From the NCBI GenBank assembly GCA_964035575.1, contig OZ037839.1, positions 558,001 to 622,000 of the forward strand: a stretch of DNA of 64,000 nucleotides, in the 5' to 3' direction. Under the pieces are notes generated by a model. That model was not told the DNA's origin. It did not search any database and saw only the letters and a list, made by a program, of their open reading frames with translations. Source of the DNA: Rhynchopus sp. YZ270_cl-10 (taxonomy: Eukaryota). This document shows, piece after piece, positions 47,519 through 58,712 of the stretch; the stretch's first letter is position 1; each line of letters opens with the position of its first letter. A program made the translations under genes and the position numbers.

Positions 47519-47590
47519 ATCCTTTTCCCGAAGTTACGGATCTAGTTTGCCGAAGTTTGCCGAAGTTTGCCGGACAGAGGCTTTTAGCCT
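47519..47590 (-). rRNA. Rearranged ~70-bp LSU rRNA fragment (pseudogenic)
   Basis: The reverse complement reads aggctaaaagcctctg..(cggcaaact)x3..agatccgtaacttcgggaaaaggat, matching the 18333-18412 fragment. Confidence 0.75.
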
Positions 47591-49496
47591 ATCATACCCA
47601 CAGGCGTTGCCGTGCTGCACGTGGAGCACGCTGAAATGGGAACAATTTTTTTTTTGTCTCATTTGACTACCAGAGAGATGCTGCTCATGACACTGTCGTC
47701 ACATCATCTGCACTGATACGCTGTTCTTGTATGCCACACTTATTGACACTTATTCTGTGCAAACCACCGGGAAATTATTTTTGACTTGCAATACAAAAGC
47801 CTTCTCATGAACAGTGTACCTTGGTACAATGACTGGGGGATGCATCCATTTTTTTTTGAGGTTGACATCTGAAAATAATGAACACCTCGGTCGTCCTTTG
47901 CTTAGTTGGTACGCTACCCACGTCAAATACGTTCTTTGTTCCATTTTCTCTTTTTGCCTGAAATACAAAAATGAGGTGAGTACACAAGGGCAGGGGGTGA
48001 CGAAAGAGAACGAAACGAAAGCACTCTTGGAGCCTTCATCATTTCCGTTCACAAAAAAAATTGGAAGACAAAATGAAAAAAAAATGAAAACAAATTTAGA
48101 CAAGCTATAGTGCACAAAACCCTGAGATAAGCATGTGTAGAAAGACACAGCAAACCGTATCGCCCATTCACCCCACCCCCCATCCCACAGTGCAGCACAG
48201 TGACTCACTCGATGAACACACCTTGGAAGGTTCCGAAATAAAAATAAAAAAAAAATTGTAAGATGAATGAGCCTCTCGACACACACCCACCCATCAGGGA
48301 TATTCTGCACAAAGAATTACCCCTATTAGTTATCAAACACAAACACATACATCATTTACCACTCTCGTTTTTCGCGCTGTAACACGCTAGGTTTGAAAGA
48401 TGGGCTGTCCCTTCGTCACAAAGACGGTTGCCGTTGTAATAGAAATATCAGGGATAGGGGAAAACTGGACAGAGTTTGGTGTCGACACACACTTTCCGCG
48501 TCGTACTAAATACAACAGACGGTCTTAGCATGAGCCGACAGGGCAGCACCTCAACGTAGACCTACACAGAGGGGAGGGAAGGAAGCCAACCTCAGTGCAG
48601 GGAACAAATGAACAGACAGAAAAGGAAAACTAAATGGAAGTTGAACACGTAGGGGGGGAGAAGGGGGGGAGAGAGGCAGGGGGTGTTACAATATTCTTGT
48701 TTCATCATATAACACACTGTGTGGGCCCCCTTTGTATCGTTGTATACACCGAATAGGTGGTTTATTGTTGCCCCCAAAAAAAATCCCCCACATTTCCAAA
48801 AAAGAGGAACACATTTTTTTTTTCGTCATATTACACACGGAAACACATGCCCGGACCCCTAAAAAACCATAACAAGTCCTCCCCTCATTTGGTGTTCTTG
48901 TTGTATTGCAACCCCGGGCAATTTGCAACCCCCCCAAAGAAGTCGGGTATCTAAAACGTAATGTAAGAGACTAGGACAACTATTCACAAGACTCAGTCAC
49001 TGCACACTTCAGCCCTAAAAGAGTGTGAAATATGAGACGTGAAGAAGCTCTCCCTCAGTCCCTCCCTTTTTGAAAACCTTGTACCTTTCTCCACAAAAAA
49101 AAAGGGGGGGTCTGGGGGAGTTGTTCTCTGAGTGTCCCATTGTCTGCTGTTGCCGTGGCTAAGGCGGAACTATAGTTGCTTTCTCTTCATCTCAAAATCC
49201 TAAGCCTCATCTCGGGAGATCAAAAAAAAATGTATCAAAACGAGAGAAAAAGGTTTGATACACATATTAGGGAAATGGGTTCAAAATGACAACTAAAAAA
49301 CGTCAAAAAGTTGCTATTTCAATGATTTCGCCAGAAATTTCACACAAAATCCCAAAATTTCCCCAAAAAAAATGACTTGAAATACAACAGCCCTCTCATG
49401 ACATAGTAGGATGTACCGAGGTGGACCCTCCATGCAGTCCTACATCCATTTCGTGGTTTACAAAAAAAGAACGTTCACCTCACTCTGTAACCGTCT

Positions 49497-50981
49497 CTAG
49501 AAATGAACGCTCTTCAGCATCAGCTCCATTGCGTAATCTTCAAGAACATAACGCCCTGTGAACGCTAGCGCTACACCGAGGAATATCGAACATGGCAGTG
49601 CGGGGAGGGGACGGTGCAATGCTGCTAGACCAAGCAGGGTCGCACACATGCCTACTAGGACTCCTATGAACGAAACCGACCACGCTAGAAACCCCGTACT
49701 AGCCGCCCTCGCAACGAGAAGACTGTAAAATACAAAGTCTCCAAGCCCCAGTTTGTACCTCCTGCTTTCGTAGACTAAGGCTGGGATTGGTTCGTCGCGA
49801 CGGACAGACTCCTCCACCAAAACCTTTAATGGCCCGCAGCAAACCGCAAATATATCATAAAATGCGACAATAATGAGCAAACACCACGTCGTCCACTCCG
49901 GCAACCTCGTCATATACCATGCCATAACTGCTGAGGTTGCGATATGATAGCCTCGTGTAACAGAAGGGTGGCCACGGTAGTAAATACTGATAAGCCCTAC
50001 CACAGAAAAGTTGTAGGTGATCATTATAAAGCTGATCCAGTCGAGGGCGATCTGATAGCGTACGCACATCCGTTCGATGAAGAGAACGCAGACCCCAATC
50101 AGAACCATTGCTGTGGACGCAACGAGCCACATGAACATAACAGAGAGACAGCGCAGTTTGTAAAGACAAACAAACATTAAGGTGAGAAAGACGATAAGCG
50201 AGGTGATGATGACAGCGTTCAGCAGGGCGCCGCCGAAACGCTTCCCGCTGCTCTCGCTGTTTGAGGGGTTGCCTGCAAAGGAGATAACCGATTTGCTGGA
50301 GGTACTGGTTCCATCTATGAGGGACCCATCGTATACGTCAATCTGCTTAAACACCAACGTCAAAATAACGGCAGCAAACATCGTCATACTGACGGGGATG
50401 ACCAAATAGTTCATGTATTGGGAATGTCTTTGGGCAACGGAGTCGCCCCCTTTTGGTCGTTTTGGTGGTTTTACCTTGGGGACTTTAACTAATATCTTCG
50501 CTTCTTCGTCATTATCAGGGACAATCTGTGGATGTTCCTCCATCAGCTCGCTTTCCGCATCGCTGTCTGGGTTTGCTTCGAAGGAAGGTTCGATGAAGGT
50601 TATGGTAACTTCGGTTCTCGCCTGGCCGGCTTCTCTCATTTGCGCTAAAGTGTTTATTTCGTTTCCGTTCATGTGTGTCAGGTAGTGGTCGATATACTTT
50701 GCTACCCCGCACCGTGCTGCAGGCGAACCCTTCGCTACGGTACGCAGCCGAAGCCTTAATGTGCCATCTGGGAGCTCCACATCGAGCACACCGATTCCAA
50801 GCTTTTCATTCATCTCCTTTACTACCGACACTTCAACAGGCTCGGGTGGAGGTGGTGGAGGTGGCGGTGGCGGTGGACTTTCAGACACATCGTCATACCC
50901 TCTCCCGCCACCACGCAATAAGGGCATACCCTCACGATCACCTTCCGCACGACTCACCTGAGAGTCATTCAGGTGCGGCAT
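49497..50981 (-). CDS. PSEN: Presenilin (GxGD intramembrane aspartyl protease) with N-terminal PDZ-like domain, 494 aa
   Basis: Multiple TM segments and LPEWTTW, with catalytic FYDIFAV and KLGLGDFVFYS and the PALP motif. Confidence 0.92.
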   Translation of the reverse strand: MPHLNDSQVSRAEGDREGMPLLRGGGRGYDDVSESPPPPPPPPPPPEPVEVSVVKEMNEKLGIGVLDVELPDGTLRLRLRTVAKGSPAARCGVAKYIDHYLTHMNGNEINTLAQMREAGQARTEVTITFIEPSFEANPDSDAESELMEEHPQIVPDNDEEAKILVKVPKVKPPKRPKGGDSVAQRHSQYMNYLVIPVSMTMFAAVILTLVFKQIDVYDGSLIDGTSTSSKSVISFAGNPSNSESSGKRFGGALLNAVIITSLIVFLTLMFVCLYKLRCLSVMFMWLVASTAMVLIGVCVLFIERMCVRYQIALDWISFIMITYNFSVVGLISIYYRGHPSVTRGYHIATSAVMAWYMTRLPEWTTWCLLIIVAFYDIFAVCCGPLKVLVEESVRRDEPIPALVYESRRYKLGLGDFVFYSLLVARAASTGFLAWSVSFIGVLVGMCATLLGLAALHRPLPALPCSIFLGVALAFTGRYVLEDYAMELMLKSVHF

Positions 50982-52459
50982 TTTAAAATCTAAACGGATG
51001 CAGATAAGAGGGGGTGTTATAGAAAAGGTGTATATGTGAAAGGACCACGAGAGGTTGGGGGGGAGGGGGTGGTCTCTGTGGGAGGGGGGGGGTGAGGTGC
51101 GATGCGTTTAAAATAAAAGAAAGTGTAGAAGCTGAAAGGCTGTGTGTGTGTGGCGGTAACGTCACCCCCTTTTTGATTGCATTGGAAGGCGATGGGGGAA
51201 CCCTTCCCAGCGTACCTCTAGCACTGAGAGTTTGACTTTGCAATATAAAGTGCCTCTCATGACACATCCCATTTCAAGGTGAACAACATATGAAGTAAAC
51301 ACCAAAAAAGACCCTCCTTTTTTTAATAAAAACTCAACTGACAAAAAAACGAGTTAAAAATACGATTGGGGGGGATTTTGTTAGCCATGGCAAGCCTATT
51401 TTCTTTGGCACGTTCAAGAATATGGGGGGGGAAAGTATTTCAAGAATCAACTGCTTTCCATTCGTAAAATAGGTACTAAATGTACCCAAACTTTTTGAAA
51501 GCGGATTTTTTTGTTTTTGATAGCAACGTAAGAAGACGGGAAAAAAGAAAAAGGAATCGCCTTTTTTGATTGCACCTCCTACTGACCCACTGTACGATGC
51601 CAGCCATCCGGATGAAAGCACAAAAGTAGGGCCACTTTAAAAATGACTTTTGACCTACTGTTAACTGCACAATGTAGTACAACGAGGGGCAAAAAGAGAG
51701 GGTAAAAGAATTGTAGGGTACACGGCGGACTAGTCAGAGAAGACTACTAGTGGTGCTACTCGTCCACATGACTAGTGTTTTACAACTAGTGTTACACCAG
51801 TAACACCACCAGTGTAGCACCAGTCGTTACGACTAGTAGTTTCGCTAGTAGTTCACCTGACTAGTCTGTCGTATACGTGGTGTTCCGGAGGGGGGGGATA
51901 TTGACAGGTCCTGAAGGGGGGTCCACTTTGGGTTTGCCCCCCTATATTGACAGGTCCTTGACTAGGTTTCAGGAACACCAATATGTGATCCTACACTTTC
52001 CCCTCACTCTGCAGGGTTCATGTTGGGTTTTTGTTTTGTTTTGATAAGCATTTTGGGAAGAAGAAGAAAAATATGTACCAATTTATGCCACTGATTTTGC
52101 CTGAAATTTTGGAGGAGTTTGGTGGGTATTTAAACCCTCCAAACTGCACTAAAATTTCAGGAAAAAATTTGGTGGATCATTACAAAAAAATAAAAACTGT
52201 TATCTGAGTTTAAGCTAGTCTGATAAAGAAAGAAACGAAATCAGAAAAAGAATTTTTCGTTGATCGCACCGGATTTTTGTGGAGTGTGTAGGGACAAAAT
52301 CAAAAACTTTTCTGTGAATAAGTTGTGTCGTGTTTACATCGCTCACACCAAAAAAATTCGGGCACAACTCAGATATGTTTTCATTTCCTCCCCTACAACC
52401 TTTGCAAGGCAGTTGTCACAAAAAAAAATGGCACCTTTTTTTTTTTTGCTTGTTCCCAC

Positions 52460-53161
52460 CAGGGTCCTCAGCCTGCACCCCCCTGTGGGAATTTTAGGGG
52501 TGCAAAATTTTTTCTGTACAAAACCCTTCAGAAAAGTCCATTCCGAGCTTTCTCCCCACACAAGCGGTCGTCGCGCGCGCTTCGCGCGCGCTCCTCCCTG
52601 ACAAAGTTGGGAGAGGCGTGAAAATTCACGGGAAAATGGGAAACCAGGGCCTGACGCTATTTTTTGGGTTTTTGTGAAATCGTGGTTGGCTCAAAAAAAT
52701 TTTCCCGCGCCCGTTTTTTATTTTACATTGGGGTGTCTTTCCGTGAGCGAAGCGAGCGGAAAAAATTTTTAAGGTGTACCTCCGCGAGCGCAGCGAGCGG
52801 AAAATTACACTCAGTACCCATGCATAAAACGAAATACACTTCCACGTAATCACTTCGCTTGCTTTCCTGGAACTGCTATAGGTGGCGACAATCGCAGGGA
52901 GCATCCCTGGCACCACTTTCACACATTGTGAGTGTGACAGCCACCGAGTGGTGCTTGGCTGTGTCCGTTGTGGTACTGACGAAAAGCCAGAGAATCCCTG
53001 CTGAAGTGTGAAATTCCCCCTCAAAAAAATTTTTTCGTCCCAAAAAAGCTTTTTTTTTTTTTTTTTGGGGGGGTGCAAAAATATTTTTTGCACCCCCCCG
53101 ATTTTTTTTTTTTTTTTTTTTGGGTGCAAAAAATTTTTTTTGCACCCCCTTGAGGACCCTG
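52460..53161. mobile_element. hAT-type MITE (702 bp)
   Basis: TIR cagggtcctca / tgaggaccctg. Exact 8-bp TSD GTTCCCAC at 52452-52459 and 53162-53169. Confidence 0.88.
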
Positions 53162-53933
53162 GTTCCCACGTTCATCAGAGGTTTGAAGCAGAAAAAGAAA
53201 AAAAGATTGTTTCATATACGAACTATTCTACTGAATAGAAGGTATAATAGGGTGCACTAAATGTACCCAAACAAAGAGAGAGAAAAAAACAAAAGAGACG
53301 GGTGTGCCTTCTTTGTACACATTGAAAAGAAAGTTGACTTGAAATACAAAGCCCTCTCGTGAACAGTGTACCAAGAAATGAGACTCTTCCTAAAAAAAAA
53401 ATTCCCCCTGATGAACGGTTGCAGTTGGACCGAGCCCTCAAAATACAAAAATAAAAAAAAAAGACAATTTTGACAAAAAAAATACGTTTAAAAGTTGATT
53501 TGAAATACAGCACCGTGGACCCCCCCCCTCCCAACCGTGCAGCCCTACGTCCAGTTTGTGGTTTAAAAATATTTCGTTATAAAAAGCCTTCTATTGACGA
53601 CTCACCTCTCGGGTGTGCCACCCAAAAGACGAGGGGGGACTACAGATGGAACACTCATCCTTGACAGGTACAGCAGAGAGATGAGGCAACAACCATGTGT
53701 AACAGAGGGGTCTTAAGGGACTGTACAATTCGCCGACTCCTCTGTCAGTGCTGTGGTATAGTACCATTGTAGTGTAGCTGTCACACCCATATAAAAAAAA
53801 GAAAACAAAACAAAACAAAAAAGGAAAACTTTGTATGAAGGTGCCTCTTGGGCATGCACATCTCAAAAACGATACATAAAAAAAAAAATGTGGGGGAGCA
53901 AAAAAAAAAATCTGATTTCTATTCCTTCTTTGA

Positions 53934-54555
53934 TAGTATGGGGTGGCCCGGGGTCACGGCGTTTTTTTTTTTCAAAAATAAAAAAAATAAAAAAAAAAAA
54001 TCACAAAAAATCACGAAAAAATAATAGAAAATAATCACGGCAATCAAAAAAAAAAATCACAAAAAATCACAAATAATCACAAAAAATCACAACAATAAAA
54101 AAAAATCACAAATAATCACAAAAAGTCACAAATAATCACAGCAATCAAAAAAAAAATCACAAATAATCACCAAAAATCACAACAATAAAAAAAAGTCACA
54201 AATAATCACAACAATAAAAAAAAAAATCACAAAAAATCACAAATAATCACCAAAAATCACAACAATCAAAAAAATAATCACAAAAAGTCACAAATAATCA
54301 CGGCAATCAAAAAAAAAATCGCAAATAATCACAAAAAGTCACAAATAATCACAACAATCAAAAAAAAAATCACCAAAAATCACAACAATCAAAAAAAAAA
54401 TCACAAAAAGTCACAAATAATCACGACAGTAAAAAAAAAATCACAAAAAATCACAAATAATCACAAGATTTTTTGTGATTCTGTTGCGCCTCTTGTGATT
54501 TTCTCCGAAAAAAAAGAACACAATTTCAGCCGCGCCCACGGGCCACCCCATAGTA
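53934..54555. mobile_element. TIR element filled with an AATCAC-based degenerate tandem array
   Basis: tatggggtggccc / gggccaccccata ends, with an (aatcacaaa..) array at ~53998-54465. Confidence 0.72.
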
Positions 54556-56020
54556 TATTGTTTTTTTTTGCCTAGCACCCCAAAAAAAAAAAAGTGCAAA
54601 CTGTTGTTCAGCTACACAAAAACCAAAAAACAGAATAAAAAAAAAAACAAGAAATTGCTATCGAAAAAAAAAAAAAATAACGGGGTGTGCTGTGGATATG
54701 GGGGACTCACGTCTCCTGGAACTCCATCGTGTAGAAATAATCTACAACACGCCCCAGCGCTCTGCAGGGTGATGCGAAAAAAGCTCGACAGCGTTCACCC
54801 CTACAGGGGTGAAGGAAGGTTGTGGAAAATGAGATATGTCTCTCGTGCACATCTTCAAAAAAAAAGTTGACTTGAAATACGTGACAGTGTACCCCCCCCA
54901 AAAAAAAAACAAAAGGGAGTGGGGTAAAGTTGAGATGTGCACTTAACGTCTCTTGGACGATAACGCACATACGCACCACGGGTTTTATCGAAACCCTGGG
55001 GGGGTAAAAGAAAAAAAGCTCCTGAGCTCACGAGATGAATCTAAAAACCATTTTTCCGTCCAAATCGGGTAGGAGTAGGTCCTAAAAGGTCCTTCGTTTC
55101 TCTGAGGGTGATCAACGGTGTATACATAGAACACTCCATCTGGCATACGGTTTTTCCACGAGGGAGGTTTTCTTTTAATATGCAGGTAGCATAATTCATT
55201 GCACCCCAAACCGCAGTGCAACGCAAACGCTCCGCGGTGTGTGATCGAAACTCCTCAGAAAAAAATTATTTCATGTGCTTTCTATTCTACTGAACAGGGG
55301 GTTTGAAAAAGTTTTTTTCAACTTTGTTGTTTTTGTTTTTGTTTTTGCATTTCATTGTAGTACTTTGTAAGTTGTTCATGTACGTTCTATTCTACTGAAC
55401 AGGGGGTATATGAAATAACCTCGGAAAAGAAAAAAGGAAAAAAGAGAAAAATAAAATAGTAGTTGAAACGTGCTAAAACGCATTTCAGTCGAGCTCATTA
55501 CAAAAGGGTGGGACGGTGAAATAAAAAAATATTTGATTTTTTGGAATATCACACAAAAAAAAGATAGCGAATTTTCTTCACAGGATCCTTAAAAAAGAGA
55601 GAGCAAAATACAAGGAGTACGCTTTTGCAGTAGGAGGTGTCAGAATCCTTCTCTAAAAAATTTGAAAATAAAAGTTTATAAAATGACGTTTGAAAGATGC
55701 ACATCCTGTGCGCAAAAGAGAGGGGGCAAAAAAAAGGGGCTTTCTCTTTCATACTCAACGCCCCAAAGGAGATTAGAGAGGTTCCTAAAAACCCAAAAAA
55801 AAAACCCCAAAAAAATAAAATGGACTTAAAATACAGCCCTCGAGACAAATAAAACACAAATGAAAAAAAATCAAAAATGGTGTGACCACCCAAACCGATT
55901 CTCCGAGGTTCTTCCGTGGTTCTTCCGTAGGTACTCCGGTAAGGGGGGTATACTTTTTTTTTGTTGTTTTCGGTTTTCGCCACCCGGGGGGCTTCGAGAC
56001 CTGGCAACCGCACACGTACC

Positions 56021-56421
56021 ACACAGTATACACAGTATACACAGTGTACACAGTATACACAGTATACACAGTATACACAGTATACACAGTATACACAGTA
56101 TACACAGTATACACAGTATACACAGTATACACAGTATACACAGTATACACAGTATACACAGTATACACAGTATACACAGTATACACAGTATACACAGTAT
56201 ACACAGTATACACAGTATACACAGTATACACAGTATACACAGTATACACAGTATACACAGTATACACAGTATACACAGTATACACAGTATACACAGTATA
56301 CACAGTATACACAGTATACACAGTATACACAGTATACACAGTATACACAGTATACACAGTATACACAGTATACACAGTATACACAGTATACACAGTATAC
56401 ACAGTATACACAGTATACACA
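56021..56421. repeat. (ACACAGTAT)n 9-bp microsatellite, ~44 units, inside a TIR element (~55944-56596)
   Basis: Near-perfect array, enclosed by IR gggggtatacttttttttt.gttgtt / aacaacaaaaaaaaagtataccccc. Confidence 0.92.
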
Positions 56422-57097
56422 CTATACGGGCGGTTCATTTTTTTGCAACGGATTTCTCCCGTTATTTTCGCGCGAAAATGCCATTTTTGGCACGTTTCAA
56501 CCAATACAAACCCGTGGTGACTTCCCTCAGTCAAATTTGTGGTCATTTCCCCCTTGTGACAGAAACTGAGAACAACAAAAAAAAAGTATACCCCCTAGCA
56601 GTTCTCCGAGGTTCCTCCGTGGTTCTTCCGTGGGTTCCCCGTACCCCTTGAATCACACCAAAAAAGAAAAAAAAAAAATCAACACACCTCGAAGCTACCC
56701 TACAATGAAAAGACCCCAGATGTGTGAAGCTAGCCTGGCCACACGGCTGAATCTATGGGGTAACGAATGGCTGTATCTTGTGTATCCTGGGTGTATTATT
56801 TGAAAACAGAAGAAGAAAAAAAAACACCGAGAAAAGCTAAGGCACGATATACTGTTCCATAAACGATTAATTAAGGAACAATAAAGTTAAGGAATGCCCA
56901 AAATTAAGTCGGTAAGAAACGATTCCAAAAAAATAAAAATAAAAAGATCGAAATCATCAGAACACAATTGTATTGCGCGTATTCTGACAACTTCTGACAA
57001 GAACTTCAAAGTGCAAACACCTCATGTTTTAGGAGACGCAGACACTTACATTAGGAAATGTAAACTGACATTTCCTGGCCAAAGAACTTGGTTATAA

Positions 57098-58446
57098 GGG
57101 ATAAGGACAGTCTGGCCCACTACGTTTGACTTTTGGACAGTATGGGCCCAACATGTTTCGATAAAGACAGTTCAGCCCCAAACGTTTGCAAAAAAGACAG
57201 TTCAGACCCAAAACGTTTGTAAAAAAGACAGTTCAGACCCAAAACGTTTGCGAAAAAGACAGTTCAGACCCAGGCAGCGGTAGGGAGTACCCCCCGCTGA
57301 ATCTGGCACTGGGTGCCCAGGCACCCAGATACGCAGATACGCAGGTACACACGTACACGTACCCCAATTGCCAGAGTCGACGCAACAAAAAAGTCCAAAA
57401 GACTTTGTTGGTGGCCTTACTCATTTGGATCACAACAATTTTGGCCCAGGCACGCTCTTGAAGTATGACAATTTAGTGTGTATGGGGCAGGGTGTTGTTT
57501 TTGTTCTGAATTCTCTTTGGTATAACATCTATCTAGCATCAAAATTGTGGAAAACTTTGCACCCCAAACCTCAACAACGCCCGCCAAAAGGCGCCCCTTG
57601 TTTCTGGGAGTTGGTTCTCATGTTTGATACACTGCACAGCGGGCATTCCTCTGAGTCCAACGCATGTTGGCCTGTCTGCGGCGTTGTACTTAAGGTGCAC
57701 GAAGACAGGGTCTGGTGGTAAATTTTGCGTAGTACTGCGACGTGGTACTGCGTGGGTCTGGGAATATGGGTACCTGGGTACAGGATATTTGTTGTCAAAG
57801 ACATCTTCCACCATGCATTGAGGAGGGTAAGACAGTGGTCGCAGTTTGTACTTGATAGCATTACAACATTTAACTTCTCCACGGGGGTCTTGGGCCGTTC
57901 ACTCGGTTCTACCTTGACTAGCGGAAGAGGCCTTTTTGGTCTCTAGAATATCCGGTCTTCCCGAACGGAGGCACACTTTGTGTGTTACTACGACCTGGCA
58001 ACTTCTAGCAGTAGGTTAAGTAATCTTTCTTGTAAATTGTTGGATCATTATCTCCTCAGTGCATGAATGCCCCACGTGACTGGACACTTTTGTGTTTGTC
58101 ATGTGGAGCTGTGGTTGCTCTTTCACGACTTTTTTCCTTGTACACCAGTGTACCGTGTCCCTGGGTACCTGGGTCGCATGGGTACGTACCGGTAAATGTG
58201 ACCAAATACCTGGTCATGACCAGGTGGTCTGACCAGGTATACCTGGTCAGACCTCTGACCAGCGCACGGTGATAGCCGTGCCCAAGGCCCACTCAGGGGT
58301 GGCATTTTTGGGCTCAGGTGGGTGCAGCTGCCTGGGTCTGAACTGTCTTTTTTGCAAACGTTTTGGGTCTGAACTGTCTTTATCGAAACATGTTGGGCCC
58401 ATACTGTCCAAAAGTCAAACGTAGTGGGCCAGACTGTCCTTATCCC
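57098..58446. mobile_element. Mutator/Foldback-like non-autonomous element (1349 bp)
   Basis: TIRs longer than 100 bp start gggataaggacagtctggcccac and contain 29-bp subrepeats. Exact 9-bp TSD TGGTTATAA at 57089-57097 and 58447-58455. Confidence 0.9.
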
Positions 58447-58712
58447 TGGTTATAATAAAGAAAATAATACATAGGAACACAGTACAGCTACCTATTCGTG
58501 AGAAGGGGGTTTGTTTTCATTGTATCACGGAAAAATATTCCGGTTGGCTTATCCTCGAAAAACGACATACCACAGACTTGACACGCACATAATAACATTG
58601 CTTGATTTTTCCCATTCGAACAAAATAAAAAAATGACGTTGAATCAAAACTTGATAAAAAAAAAACGGTAGTTTTTGATGCAGGGGGGGTACAATCTCCG
58701 ACGGACCCAATC

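Noticed and set aside
55785..56651. Long ORFs (YTV, SIH, CIL and TQY repeats) in five frames
   Set aside because: These are translations of a stop-poor 9-bp microsatellite, with no other coding evidence.
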